Shown here: positions 23,041 to 33,624 of the stretch, in pieces | Layout: each line of letters starts with the position of its first letter | Numbering within the stretch: position 1 is the first letter of the stretch | From: Gammaproteobacteria bacterium | Lineage (GTDB): Bacteria > Pseudomonadota > Gammaproteobacteria > Eutrophobiales > Eutrophobiaceae | Length of the DNA stretch: 64,000 bases | Direction: 5' to 3' | NCBI GenBank assembly: GCA_004297165.1 | Contig: SCUJ01000011.1 | Location: forward strand, 5,809-69,808 | Program-made: the position numbers and the translations under genes | The notes under the pieces: generated by a model | The model's input: only the letters and a program-made list of their open reading frames with translations | Databases searched by the model: none | Told to the model about the DNA's origin: nothing

Positions 23041-23643
23041 CTAACCCTCTTCTTCTTCGAGGGCGCGATACGTCTTGGCGACCGCGGTCATGCTCAACAC
23101 ATTACCCCCCGTATTCGCATTTGCCAGAGCAATTTTGATATCGTGTGTGGTCACGATTCTGGGCAGGGCTGCGACGCCGCTGATGAATTCCCCCAGTTGA
23201 TGATAGGTCCCGCGCACCTGTATGTTAATAGGCGTTTCCGAATAAAACTCGCTCTGTTTTTCCGGTTGCGGCTGGAACAGATCGAATTCCAACCCGGCCG
23301 CGAGACCGGTCTGCGAGACATCCACAATAAGGCCCGCGATCTCGGTCTTGTTGGGCAATTGCCGGATCATGTCGCCAAAGGATTGCTCCATTTCCTTCAT
23401 CTGCTCCTTTAGCGCATCGAGATTCGCGGCCTTGCGTTGCTTGGTCTCGAAAGTGGTTTTCAATTCCTGCTCCTTGGTCTCCTCGCCGGCCAGGGTTTCG
23501 CGTTGCTTGCTGACATCGAAATGCCACCCGGCATAGAGAATCGCGGCAAAAACAATAACCGCCACCACTAGTTGATATAGAATCGGCCACAAGCCGGGAT
23601 TGTTCGGATCCAGATTCTTGATCTCGTTCAAGATGTTCTTCAT
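23041..23643 (-). CDS. pilO: Type IV pilus alignment protein PilO
   Basis: N-terminal WP + TM, coiled coil, QLPNKTE, FYSETPI, GTYHQLGEF..LPRIVT. Confidence 0.95.
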   Translation of the reverse strand: MKNILNEIKNLDPNNPGLWPILYQLVVAVIVFAAILYAGWHFDVSKQRETLAGEETKEQELKTTFETKQRKAANLDALKEQMKEMEQSFGDMIRQLPNKTEIAGLIVDVSQTGLAAGLEFDLFQPQPEKQSEFYSETPINIQVRGTYHQLGEFISGVAALPRIVTTHDIKIALANANTGGNVLSMTAVAKTYRALEEEEG

Positions 23644-24209
23644 GCGCCGTCCCCTTCCTCTTCAGCACTTGGTATCACCTGCTGGAAACGCAGGGTAAAA
23701 CCGCTAATCCGTGTACCATTGGCGTCTCGCGCCTGAATGATGTCTACGGCCGGATTGGCCAGCCATTCCGAAGCCTCCAGATTTCGCAGGAACGACGACA
23801 CCCTCGCATTGGACTGGGCTTCGCCGGTGATTGTGATATTGTTAGCCTGCTGAGTGACGGAGGTAACACTGACGCCTTCCGGTAAGCTGTCGACAAGTTC
23901 ATCGAAGAATCTCACGATCAAGGGCCGGTTGCCCTGCAACTGTTCAATCGCGCGCATACGGTCCAACAGACGCTGCTTCTCCATCTCCAGCTGCTCAATC
24001 TCTTTGATTTTGGCGTCCAACTTGGCCGTTTCATCGACGATAAACTGGTTTCGTCCCTGTTGACCCTCGATTAATTGACCATGGAACCAGTGAATCATGA
24101 ACCAGACGACCACGCCGACAACCGCCGCGACGCCCAGCAGTTGTACAAATTCCTTCTGTTTTTCCTTCCGTTTCGCTTCCCGCCAGGGAAGTAGATTAAT
24201 CTTGGCCAT
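23640..24209 (-). CDS. pilN: Type IV pilus alignment protein PilN
   Basis: N-terminal INLLPWRE motif, TM, AQSNARVSSFLRNL. Confidence 0.95.
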   Translation of the reverse strand: MAKINLLPWREAKRKEKQKEFVQLLGVAAVVGVVVWFMIHWFHGQLIEGQQGRNQFIVDETAKLDAKIKEIEQLEMEKQRLLDRMRAIEQLQGNRPLIVRFFDELVDSLPEGVSVTSVTQQANNITITGEAQSNARVSSFLRNLEASEWLANPAVDIIQARDANGTRISGFTLRFQQVIPSAEEEGDGA

Positions 24210-25270
24210 CAGTCGAAACTCCTCAATGCCAATCCACAGGAAACCATCAGCGCCGGCGCGTCATTGGCCAAGGACTGTGCCGAGACTCTAGATGACACCG
24301 ACATATCGGCGAATGGATTGGCCACTATTGTCGGTATGCCGATCTTTGCCTCCACCAACTCGGCGATCCCGCTTATCGAGGCGCACCCTCCAGCCAGAAT
24401 CAGATGATCGATGTTCGAAATCTGACTTGCGGAATAGAAAAACTGTTGGGCGCGACTGATTTGCTGGCTGATTGAATCCTTGAACGGCTCCAACACTTCG
24501 GGGATGTAGTTGTCCGGAAGGCCGCCCTGGCGTTTGGCGAGACCTGCCTCCTCATAGGACAGACCGTAGCGGCGCTGGATGTCCTCGGTGAGCTGCGCCC
24601 CGCCGAATTGTTGTTCCCGGGAATAGATAATCTTCATCTTATCCAGCACGCTGAAGGTGGTCACCGTCGAACCGATGTCCGCCACGGCGATAATCTCGTC
24701 GCTCGGATCAGTAAACTTGCTGTTGGCGATCATCGCCACTGTATTTTCCAGCGCGAACTGCTCGACATCGACAATCTTGGCGTTCAACCCGCCCAGCTGC
24801 ACGGCGCCAACCCTCAGATCGACATTGTCGCTACGTGACGCGGCGAGCAAGACGTCGATACGATCCGGGTTATCCGCGTTCGGGCCCTGCACATCAAAGT
24901 CCAGCGCGACTTCATTAAGCGGAAAGGGAATATATTGATCCGCTTCCACCTGGATCTGACTCTCGAGTTCGGCATCGGTCAGGTTGGCGGGCATGGTGAT
25001 AATCTTGGTTATCACGGATGATCCGGCGACAGCGACCGCAGCGTCCTTGGTCTTGGTGCCTGACTTTTTTACCGCCCGCGCGATTGCCTCGCCTACCGCA
25101 TCCATATCAGTTATATTCTTGTCGACGACGGAATTCGGCGGCAGAGGCTCAACAGAGTAGCTTTCAACACGATAACTACCGCCACTCCGGCTAAGTTCAA
25201 GCAACTTAATTGCTGTTGCGCTGATATCAATCCCGATAATCGGAGTTGATTTTTTCTTACGCAGTTGCAC
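24209..25270 (-). CDS. pilM: Type IV pilus actin-like protein PilM
   Basis: GIDISATAIKLLEL, EADQYIPF, ADIG, FGGAQLT, LAGG, CGLALRSFD. Confidence 0.96.
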   Translation of the reverse strand: MQLRKKKSTPIIGIDISATAIKLLELSRSGGSYRVESYSVEPLPPNSVVDKNITDMDAVGEAIARAVKKSGTKTKDAAVAVAGSSVITKIITMPANLTDAELESQIQVEADQYIPFPLNEVALDFDVQGPNADNPDRIDVLLAASRSDNVDLRVGAVQLGGLNAKIVDVEQFALENTVAMIANSKFTDPSDEIIAVADIGSTVTTFSVLDKMKIIYSREQQFGGAQLTEDIQRRYGLSYEEAGLAKRQGGLPDNYIPEVLEPFKDSISQQISRAQQFFYSASQISNIDHLILAGGCASISGIAELVEAKIGIPTIVANPFADMSVSSRVSAQSLANDAPALMVSCGLALRSFD

Positions 25271-25460
25271 AGTTTTTTCCTTTTATCGTGGTGGGTTATA
25301 TGCCTTTCATATAATACAACATTAACTTCTATCAGCAACTATAGTCAACTCTAATTTAAAAAACAAAGCCTTTGCAATCACCGCGAAAAAACAAGGTGAA
25401 AATCGAAATAATTCCACAAAAGCAATACATATTGGAGCTTGATCTTGTAATCTACACAAC
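25271..25460. promoter_or_regulatory. AT-rich divergent promoter region pilM / mrcA
   Basis: Strongly AT-rich intergenic stretch between divergent genes, with several TATAAT/TAATAC-like boxes. Exact elements not resolved. Confidence 0.55.
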
Positions 25461-27938
25461 ATGTTGAGGTTTACCGCTAAATTATTTGCTCTTCTGTGTC
25501 TGGCCGGGATCCTGTCGATCATCGGCCTGTGTCTTTACATCATCCCGAAGTTACCGGAAATCGAGACCCTGCGGGAAGTTAAGATGCAGGTGCCGTTGCG
25601 CGTATATTCGCAGGATGGATCGCTGATCGCCGAGTTCGGCGAGAAACGCCGGCAACCGATTCGCATCGAAGAAATTCCCCGCTCCATGATCGAGGCGGTA
25701 CTTGCCGCCGAGGATGATCGCTTCTACGAGCATCCCGGCGTGGACTGGCAGGGCATCACCCGCGCCGTAGTCAATCTCATCCTCACCGGGAAGAAATCCA
25801 TCGGCGGCAGCACCATCACCATGCAGGTCGCGCGTAACTTCTTTCTGAGTTTCGAGAAATCCTATATCCGCAAGATTAACGAAATCTTTCTGGCACTAAA
25901 GATCGAACGTGAATTGAGCAAGGATGAAATCCTCGAACTCTACATGAACAAAGTCTTTTTCGGCCATCGCGCCTATGGCGTCGGTGCGGCTGCCCTGGTT
26001 TACTACGGGCAGGAACTTAATAATCTCACACTGCCGCAGATCGCCATGATCGCCGGGTCGGCACAAAGCCCATCGCGGACGAATCCGGTGAGTAATCCCG
26101 ACAGGGCGCTAATCCGTAGAAAATACGTTCTCGGTCGGATGTTGGAACAGGGCTATATCACCGAAGAAGAATATGACGGCGCGGTGAATGCCCCGGAGAC
26201 GGCGTCGCTCCACGGACCTATTGTCGATCTGGAAGCGCCTGACGTTGCGGAGATGGTGCGCAGTCAGATGGTCAGCCGGTTCGGCGAAGCCGCCTACGAC
26301 GACGGCTACAAGGTCTACACCACGATCCGGGATCGTAATCAATCTGCCGCCACCCGAGCGTTACACTCCACCCTGAACGATTACGACAGACGTCATGGCT
26401 TCAGGGGGGTAGAGGCGCATACCGACCTCGCCGATGGCGGAAACGACCAGGATTGGATAGAGATACTTCGGTCGTACTCTAACCTGGGTGAACTGAAACC
26501 CGCACTGGTGACCTCGGTGTCGGACAAGGATGCGGGGATCTTTGTAAAGGATGTGGGACCGGCCGTCATCGAATGGCAACACCTCGAATGGGCGCGAAGA
26601 TATATTTCTGAGAACCGCCGTGGCCCCACTCCAAAAACAGCCGAAGAGATTTTGCAGCGGGGCGACATAATCCGCGTGAGTCCTAATGCTGAAAACCAGT
26701 GGCAACTCATGCAGGCGCCTGAAGTCGAAGGCGCACTGGTATCCGCCGATCCGGCCACCGGCGCCGTGCTGGCGCTGGTCGGCGGTTATGATTTCAGACG
26801 CAGCCAATTCAATCGCATCATCCAGGCCCATCGGCAACCCGGCTCCAGTTTCAAACCGTTCATTTATTCCGCGGCGCTGGAAGCCGGCTTCACGGCCGCG
26901 AGTCTCGTCAACGACGCACCGGTAATTTTTGACGATCCGGGGATCGGAGGAACCTGGAGACCCGAAAATTACACGGGGAAATACTATGGACCTACGCGGC
27001 TGCGGGATGCCCTCATCCATTCGCGGAATCTCGTGTCCATCCGCGTCCTCAATGAAATTGGCGTGGAACCTGCCCTCGAGCACATCGCCAACTTCGGTTA
27101 TGACATGAACGAGCTGCCCCACAGTCTCTCGCTTGCCCTCGGCAGCGGGGCCGTCACCCCCTGGCAACACCTCGCCGGCTACATTGTCCTCGCAAACGGC
27201 GGTTATCGTGTGGCGCCCTATTTCATTGATCGAATCGAGCAATCCGGCGGCAAGGTCGTGGAGAAAATCATCCCGCCGCGGATATGCACGGAACCGCCGC
27301 CTGCGGCGCCCGGTGAACCTCTGTTCTCGGACGCGACCGCAACGGGTGGGACTGCGCCGCCCAACCCATCGGGCGGTGTCGCCATTACTCCTGTCATGCC
27401 GTCGGAAAATCCAGAGCCTGCGACCTGCGTGGAGCGCACGCTGGATCCCAGAAACCTCTGGATCCTGACCGACATGATGCGGGATGTCATCCAGAATACC
27501 GAAGGGACTGGCAGGCGCGCCATGGCGCTCGGCCGCAAGGACCTCTCCGGCAAAACCGGCACTACCAACGATCAGAGCGACGCCTGGTTCGCAGGTTTCA
27601 ATGCGCGGGTGGTCACGATCGCCTGGGTCGGTTTCGATGATTTTCAGCGCAAGCTAGGCAACAACGAGACGGGAGGCGTCGCGGCCCTGCCCATGTGGAT
27701 CGAATATATGCGCACGGCGCTTGAAGGGGTCCCGGAAAGCATCCTGGAGCGGCCGGCCGGTCTCGTAAATGTACTTATCGATCCGATCAGCGGCAGCCCC
27801 ACAAACGCCGGCGACCCCCGCGCCATCTTCGAGGTGTTCCGCGTCGACAATGCCCCAGGCGTGGGGCAAGACGGGGGCCTGCCCGAGGTCTTCGAGAGGC
27901 AGGATACCCCCCGGGGCGCCCCCGAGGAGTTGTTCTAA
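25461..27938 (+). CDS. mrcA: Penicillin-binding protein 1A
   Basis: AAEDDRFYEH, GGSTITMQVARN, RKINE, RQPGSSFKPF, SRN, GKTGTTN; divergent from pilM as usual. Confidence 0.96.
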   Translation: MLRFTAKLFALLCLAGILSIIGLCLYIIPKLPEIETLREVKMQVPLRVYSQDGSLIAEFGEKRRQPIRIEEIPRSMIEAVLAAEDDRFYEHPGVDWQGITRAVVNLILTGKKSIGGSTITMQVARNFFLSFEKSYIRKINEIFLALKIERELSKDEILELYMNKVFFGHRAYGVGAAALVYYGQELNNLTLPQIAMIAGSAQSPSRTNPVSNPDRALIRRKYVLGRMLEQGYITEEEYDGAVNAPETASLHGPIVDLEAPDVAEMVRSQMVSRFGEAAYDDGYKVYTTIRDRNQSAATRALHSTLNDYDRRHGFRGVEAHTDLADGGNDQDWIEILRSYSNLGELKPALVTSVSDKDAGIFVKDVGPAVIEWQHLEWARRYISENRRGPTPKTAEEILQRGDIIRVSPNAENQWQLMQAPEVEGALVSADPATGAVLALVGGYDFRRSQFNRIIQAHRQPGSSFKPFIYSAALEAGFTAASLVNDAPVIFDDPGIGGTWRPENYTGKYYGPTRLRDALIHSRNLVSIRVLNEIGVEPALEHIANFGYDMNELPHSLSLALGSGAVTPWQHLAGYIVLANGGYRVAPYFIDRIEQSGGKVVEKIIPPRICTEPPPAAPGEPLFSDATATGGTAPPNPSGGVAITPVMPSENPEPATCVERTLDPRNLWILTDMMRDVIQNTEGTGRRAMALGRKDLSGKTGTTNDQSDAWFAGFNARVVTIAWVGFDDFQRKLGNNETGGVAALPMWIEYMRTALEGVPESILERPAGLVNVLIDPISGSPTNAGDPRAIFEVFRVDNAPGVGQDGGLPEVFERQDTPRGAPEELF

Positions 27939-27952
27939 TCCCGGACACGGTC

Positions 27953-28573
27953 ATGAACGAATCCAGTTCCCGCGCCTCGGCCAGGATCCGTCTCGCCATC
28001 GCCAGCGCCGCGGCAAAATACATCGCCGTGGATGGCATGAACGATTTTTTGGCGGCAAAACGCAAGGCGGCAGTGCAACTCGGTCTCAATCCCGGCCGTA
28101 ACATGCCCTCGAATATCGAGGTGGAAGAGGCGCTCGTCGAATACCAGGGCCTGTTTCATGGCGAACGGCAATCCCGAGCACTGCGGGAGATGCGCTTCGC
28201 CGCCGTCCGGGCCATGAAGTTTCTCCATCCGTTCGATCCCCATCTGGTCGGCCCCGTGTTGCGGGGCACGGCCACGCCTCACACCGAGATCACCTTGCAC
28301 CTCTTCTGCGAGGAGCCGGAACAACCGGGTTTCCTGCTGCGTGAACATGGCATCCCTTTCCAGGTAACGAGTAAAAGTATCCGTCTCAATGGCCGTGAAC
28401 TGATCGAACTGCCCGCCTACCGCTTCGACGCACAGGACTATTCCTTCATCCTGATAGTGTTCGCCGGCAAACACAAAAACCTCGCGCCCTTGAGCGGCAT
28501 CGACGGCAGACCGGAACCGCGCGCAGATTCCGGCCAGGTCTCGGCGCTGCTTGACTCGGCAGGCGCCGATTGA
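27953..28573 (+). CDS. Conserved hypothetical protein with a nucleotidyltransferase-like fold
   Basis: AAA..IA.DG..D...AKRKAA..LG, PSN.EVE.AL, F.P.LVGPVL.GTA...EI.LHLF. This resembles a widespread proteobacterial NTase-like family. Confidence 0.6.
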   Translation: MNESSSRASARIRLAIASAAAKYIAVDGMNDFLAAKRKAAVQLGLNPGRNMPSNIEVEEALVEYQGLFHGERQSRALREMRFAAVRAMKFLHPFDPHLVGPVLRGTATPHTEITLHLFCEEPEQPGFLLREHGIPFQVTSKSIRLNGRELIELPAYRFDAQDYSFILIVFAGKHKNLAPLSGIDGRPEPRADSGQVSALLDSAGAD

Positions 28574-30804
28574 AGCCCGCAGTGGAGTCGTCCAGGCCAT
28601 CTGGCCGCAGGGTCGTTTTGCGCGTGACCCTGCCGGCGCCTGTACGGCGGCTGTTCGACTACCTCCTGCCGCAGGATCTGGCTGACCGGACCATCAGACC
28701 AGGCATGCGGGTGCGAGTCCCTTTCGGCAAATCCAGCATCAGGACCGGCCTCGTCCTCGGGATCGCGGATGCCAGCGAACTCGAACCCGGGCGCCTGAAA
28801 TGCATCATCGGCATACTGGATGATTCCCCGGCGCTCTCCAAGTCCCAAATGAAACTCCTTGCGTGGGCCAGCGATTATTATCAGCACCCCGTGGGCGAGG
28901 TATATTTCAACGGACTGCCGGTCCTGTTGCGCCAGGGAAAACCCGCAAGCGTCAAGCGACGCCATTTTTGGACGCTTACCGCGGCGGGTCTGTCGTTCGA
29001 TTCCGCATCGCTCGCCCGTGCTCCCCGGCAACGTCTGATGCTCGAACAACTCCGGCAGCGCGAGCACGGGCTGGATCCCGAGAGCGAAGGGTTCGACAAT
29101 CTCGATCACCGCTGCCTGCGGATACTTGAACAGAAGGGCCTCGTTCACCGCTTGGAAGTGGAGGACCGGACCGAGGCGAGTCCGGCGCCAGTCACGCCAT
29201 TATGTCTGAATCCGGAGCAGGCAGAGGCCGCCGACCGGATAGAAAAACTGTCCGGCGTATTTCATTGCATTCTGCTCAACGGCGTCACCGGCAGCGGCAA
29301 GACCGAGGTATATCTCAGCCTGATCCGCCGGAATATCGCAGCCGGCAGACAATCCCTCATCCTGGTCCCGGAGATTGGCCTGACGCCGCAGTTGATGGAA
29401 CGCATCCGCGAACGCCTCGGGGCCCGGATCGCAATACTTCATTCGGGACTTACCGACACGGAACGCCTGAATGCCTGGCTTGAGGCGCGCGACGGCCGCA
29501 TCCCGGTGATCCTGGGCACCCGTTCCGCAGTATGGACGCCGCTGAAAAATCCGGGGTTGATCATCGTCGATGAGGAGCACGACGATTCCTACAAACAACA
29601 GGAAGGCTTTCGTTATTCCGCGCGGGATGTCGCCATCATGCGAGCCAAGCTCTTGGGGATACCAGTCGTGCTCGGCAGCGCGACGCCTTCAATGGAAAGC
29701 CTCTGCAATGCAGGCAATGACAAATACATCGAGTTGCGCCTGCGCGAGCGGGTGGCGCAGGTCCCGCACCCGGAATTTAGGATCGTGGATATGCGCTCCC
29801 GGCCAATGCAGGGCGCACTTTCCGATGTGTTGCTGCGGGCCATCGGCGAGGACCTTGCGGTCAGGAAACAAGTGCTGCTGTTCCTCAACAAGCGCGGTTA
29901 TTCCCCGGTATTGATGTGCCATGGCTGCGGTTGGTCGGCGCGCTGCAACCGCTGCGAACTGCCAATGACCTATTACAAAAAGGAGGGAAGGATCGCCTGC
30001 CATCATTGCGGCAGCGGAAAACCGGCCCCAGGGATGTGCCCGGACTGCGGCGCGAACCAGCTTTTCCAGATCGGTCACGGCACCGAGCGTCTGACGGAAA
30101 CGCTCGCGGAGGCATTTCCCGGCGCCCGGATCCTGCGGATCGATCGTGACTCGACCCGCCGGCGCGGCGCGCTTAACGACATGATTGAGGCCATTCACTC
30201 AGGGACGGTGGACATCCTCGTGGGCACGCAAATGCTCGCGAAGGGACACCACTTCCCGAACCTGGATCTCGTGGGGATCATCGATGCCGATCGCGGCCTC
30301 TTCAGCGCCGATTTCCGCGCGAGCGAACGGATGGCGCAACTGGTATTGCAGGTCAGCGGCCGGGCCGGTCGGGTTTCCGGCGGCGGCCGGGTGTTGTTGC
30401 AGACGCACCATCCGGATCACCCGCTGCTGCACGAACTGGTCGGGCAGGGTTATGAAAAATTCGCCCACTCCCTGCTGGAAGAGCGGCGGGCGGCGCGACT
30501 GCCGCCCTACGCTCATATCGCGCTCCTTCAGGCGGAGGATTATGACCCGGCGCGGTTGCGGCAGTTTCTCGCGCAGGCGCGCGCAAGCCTCGTGGATATC
30601 GAGACCGGCATTGAGGTGTACGGTCCCTATCCGGCCCCGCTGGAAAAACGGGCGGGTCGGTCTCGCTGTCAGATATTGATTCAGTCGTCCGGGCGCAAGC
30701 GTTTGCAGGCCGCCTTGTCCGTCTGGGCGCCGCGCCTCGAATCGATTGCCTCCGGCAAAAAGGTCCGCTGGTTCCTGGACGTGGATCCGCGCGAGATGAT
30801 CTGA
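28570..30804 (+). CDS. priA: Primosomal protein N'
   Basis: GVTGSGKTEVY, DEEHD, GSATPS, CxxC zinc modules, GTQMLAKGH, DVDP. Confidence 0.97.
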   Translation: MKPAVESSRPSGRRVVLRVTLPAPVRRLFDYLLPQDLADRTIRPGMRVRVPFGKSSIRTGLVLGIADASELEPGRLKCIIGILDDSPALSKSQMKLLAWASDYYQHPVGEVYFNGLPVLLRQGKPASVKRRHFWTLTAAGLSFDSASLARAPRQRLMLEQLRQREHGLDPESEGFDNLDHRCLRILEQKGLVHRLEVEDRTEASPAPVTPLCLNPEQAEAADRIEKLSGVFHCILLNGVTGSGKTEVYLSLIRRNIAAGRQSLILVPEIGLTPQLMERIRERLGARIAILHSGLTDTERLNAWLEARDGRIPVILGTRSAVWTPLKNPGLIIVDEEHDDSYKQQEGFRYSARDVAIMRAKLLGIPVVLGSATPSMESLCNAGNDKYIELRLRERVAQVPHPEFRIVDMRSRPMQGALSDVLLRAIGEDLAVRKQVLLFLNKRGYSPVLMCHGCGWSARCNRCELPMTYYKKEGRIACHHCGSGKPAPGMCPDCGANQLFQIGHGTERLTETLAEAFPGARILRIDRDSTRRRGALNDMIEAIHSGTVDILVGTQMLAKGHHFPNLDLVGIIDADRGLFSADFRASERMAQLVLQVSGRAGRVSGGGRVLLQTHHPDHPLLHELVGQGYEKFAHSLLEERRAARLPPYAHIALLQAEDYDPARLRQFLAQARASLVDIETGIEVYGPYPAPLEKRAGRSRCQILIQSSGRKRLQAALSVWAPRLESIASGKKVRWFLDVDPREMI

Positions 30805-30889
30805 ACGTCACGCCAGTCCCGCCGCCCTTCATGAATAACGCCGGACAAGATAGAATGCCCGGTCTTTTAACCCGGTAACCAGTCATTCG

Positions 30890-32638
30890 ATGCGGTCACA
30901 CCTCACACAACTCTTGGAACAATCCCTGCAAAGGCTGAGTGATGCCGGGGCATTACGGCTCCCTGAAGACCTCGCCATCAACGTGGAGCGAACCAGGGAC
31001 AGCGCGCATGGCGATCTGGCGAGCAACATCGCCCTGCTGCTGGCAAAAACAGCCGGGATGAAACCGCGGGATCTCGCGCAGCGGATCGCCGACCATCTCC
31101 CCGCCTCGGCGCAGGTACGCAAGGTGGAGATCGCGGGTCCGGGGTTCATCAATTTCTTCCTAACCGAACGTTCGGGACAGGCGGTGATCGAGACGATCCA
31201 CGCCGCGGGCGAGCGCTTCGGCTGCAGCGATCTTGGCAAAGGGAAAAAAATCCTGATCGAGTTCGTTTCCGTCAACCCGACCGGTCCGCTGCATGTGGGA
31301 CATGGCCGCGGGGCTGCCTACGGCGCCGCGGTTGCGAACCTTTTGGATGCTTGCGGTTATACGGTGACGCGGGAATATTATGTCAACGACGCGGGCCGGC
31401 AGATGGACATCCTGGCGCTCAGCGTCTGGCTCCGCTATCTGGAACTGAACGGAACTCCAGTGAGTTTCCCTGGGAATGCCTATCAGGGGGATTACATCCG
31501 GGAGATCGCCGCCGGGCTTCGAGCGCGTGTTGGTGCGGATTTGCTGCCTGACGCCCCGGATTTACCCGCGGAAGTAACTGCGATCGCCGATCCCGAGGAA
31601 CGGCTCGACGCGCTGATCGAATTCGCGAAACAGAGCCTGGGCGCCTCCGCGTATCGGACGATCCATGCCACCGCCCTCGCCGAGATTTTGCGCGACATCC
31701 GCACGGAACTGGAATCCATGAATATCCGGTTCGATAACTGGTATTCCGAGCAATCGCTGTTCGACAGCGGCAAGGTGGATGACTGCATCGAAAGGCTGAG
31801 GCAAGGCGGCGAGTTATATCTCGAAAACGGCGCAGACTGGTTCCGCGCCACCAAATACGGTGACGAAAAGGATCGCGTCGTGGTCCGCGAGAATGGCCAG
31901 AAGACATATTTCGCCTCCGACATCGCCTACCATCACGACAAGCTCGCGCGCGGCTTCGATCGCGCGATCAATGTGTGGGGCGCGGATCACCACGGCTATA
32001 TCCCGCGGGTGAAGGGCGCGCTTCAGGCGCTCGGCGAGGACCCGGAGCGGCTGGAGATCCTGCTGGTGCAGTTCGCGGTGCTCTATCGCGGCAGCGAGAA
32101 GGTGCAGATGTCCACGCGTTCGGGCAACTATGTGACCTTGCGGGATCTGTGCGCCGAGGTCGGCAAGGATGCGGCGCGCTTCTTCTACGTGACCCGCCGG
32201 TCCGAGCAGCATCTGGATTTCGATCTGGAACTCGCTAAATCGCAATCGAACGACAACCCGGTCTATTACATTCAATACGCCCACGCCCGCATTTGCAGCG
32301 TGCTGGAACAACTGCGGGCGAGAAATCTCGAATACCGGCCTGAACGCGCCTTGACCAATCTTTCTCTGCTGTCGGCGGCGCCTGAACTCGCCCTCCTGCG
32401 GACGCTGCCCAAATATCCCGAAGTTGTGTCTGCCGCCGCCGCGTCACGCGAGCCGCATCAACTCGCCTTTTATCTGCGCGACCTGGCGACGGAATTCCAC
32501 GGGTATTACAATTCGCACCAGTTTCTCATCGAGGATGTCAGCCTCAGGGAGGCGCGGCTCGCCCTGATCGTCGCCATCCGGCAGGTCATCCGCAACGGCC
32601 TCGCCATACTGGGGGTATCGGCCCCGGAGCAGATGTGA
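30890..32638 (+). CDS. argS: Arginine--tRNA ligase
   Basis: EFVSVNPTGPLHVGHGR, EYYVNDAGRQ, GADHHGY, MSTRSG, YIQYAHAR, APEQM. Confidence 0.97.
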   Translation: MRSHLTQLLEQSLQRLSDAGALRLPEDLAINVERTRDSAHGDLASNIALLLAKTAGMKPRDLAQRIADHLPASAQVRKVEIAGPGFINFFLTERSGQAVIETIHAAGERFGCSDLGKGKKILIEFVSVNPTGPLHVGHGRGAAYGAAVANLLDACGYTVTREYYVNDAGRQMDILALSVWLRYLELNGTPVSFPGNAYQGDYIREIAAGLRARVGADLLPDAPDLPAEVTAIADPEERLDALIEFAKQSLGASAYRTIHATALAEILRDIRTELESMNIRFDNWYSEQSLFDSGKVDDCIERLRQGGELYLENGADWFRATKYGDEKDRVVVRENGQKTYFASDIAYHHDKLARGFDRAINVWGADHHGYIPRVKGALQALGEDPERLEILLVQFAVLYRGSEKVQMSTRSGNYVTLRDLCAEVGKDAARFFYVTRRSEQHLDFDLELAKSQSNDNPVYYIQYAHARICSVLEQLRARNLEYRPERALTNLSLLSAAPELALLRTLPKYPEVVSAAAASREPHQLAFYLRDLATEFHGYYNSHQFLIEDVSLREARLALIVAIRQVIRNGLAILGVSAPEQM

Positions 32639-33222
32639 TGTCGAGAGATTTTAAAAATATCGGCAAACCAGACGCAGCGCCCAGCCCGCTGATGGGCTAT
32701 CTCTTTTCCACTGTGGCGGGCCTGGCCGTGGGTCTGCTTGCGGCATTTCTGGTTTACGTCTATAAAATCCAGCCCGCGGCGGAGGCACCGCAACCGGTCA
32801 CCCTGCCCGCACCCGAGGTTGCCGCGCCGCAAGCGGAAGCCCAGGCCAAACCCGAGGTCCCTGAGCCCACCTTCGATTTCTATACGATCCTCCCGGAACG
32901 TGACGTCAACATTTCCGAGTGGATCGAGGAAACCCCCGCGGCGAATGCCCCCGTAACCGAGACTGCCGCCGAAGCGGACGGAAACTTGTATATCTTTCAA
33001 GTGGGTTCGTTCGAGGAATTCGAGGCGGCCGACCAGCTCAAGGCGCGCCTCGCGCTGATCGGCATCAAGGCGGATATTCAACGCGTGGTCATCAACGGTC
33101 AGGAAACCACGCACCGGGTGCGCGTCGGGCCCTACCAGGAACAGAGCCGGATCCAGGAAATCAGGGAACGCCTGCTGGATAACAACATCGAATTCATGTT
33201 GCTCAGGCTGAACGCCGACTGA
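32635..33222 (+). CDS. SPOR-domain cell division protein (FtsN-like)
   Basis: N-terminal TM, FDFYTILPE, QVGSF..A..L.A.LAL.G, HRVRVGPY; follows argS. Confidence 0.85.
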   Translation: MMSRDFKNIGKPDAAPSPLMGYLFSTVAGLAVGLLAAFLVYVYKIQPAAEAPQPVTLPAPEVAAPQAEAQAKPEVPEPTFDFYTILPERDVNISEWIEETPAANAPVTETAAEADGNLYIFQVGSFEEFEAADQLKARLALIGIKADIQRVVINGQETTHRVRVGPYQEQSRIQEIRERLLDNNIEFMLLRLNAD

Positions 33223-33291
33223 AAAACCACTGCGCGCCGCATGGCGACATCGCGCGCGTCCACCCTAGAATGGACAAGGCTCTAATTGGAT

Positions 33292-33365
33292 TGGAGCGGG
33301 TGATGGGAATCGAACCCACGCTCTCAGCTTGGGAAGCTGATGTTCTACCATTGAACTACACCCGC
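33292..33365 (-). tRNA. tRNA-Gly (CCC)
   Basis: Reverse complement is GCGGGTGTAGTTCAATGGTAGAACATCAGCTTCCCAAGCTGAGAGCGTGGGTTCGATTCCCATCACCCGCTCCA, 74 nt with encoded CCA. Confidence 0.97.
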
Positions 33366-33624
33366 CTGGAATGGCGGACATTACAGCCCGGACCCGGGTA
33401 CTTCTTTTTGCCCGATCAGCCGCGAACAAATGACGGTTGGAAAAGGCGCGGACGGAAACTGTATCGGTCTGTATCAGGGGCTGGAAAGTAGTGTAATATG
33501 AATCCGTTGATCAGGGAAGGAGCGGGGTTTTTAATATCCGTAAGCTTGGATCCCGAATGAGGTATTTGGCTTGATGGAACTTGTTTACCAGATGATGACG
33601 GGATTCGCCGCGACATACTGAACC

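Noticed and set aside
33270-33491. 73-aa ORF MDKALIGLERVMGIEPTLSAWEA...
   Set aside because: It is an antisense translation of tRNA-Gly.
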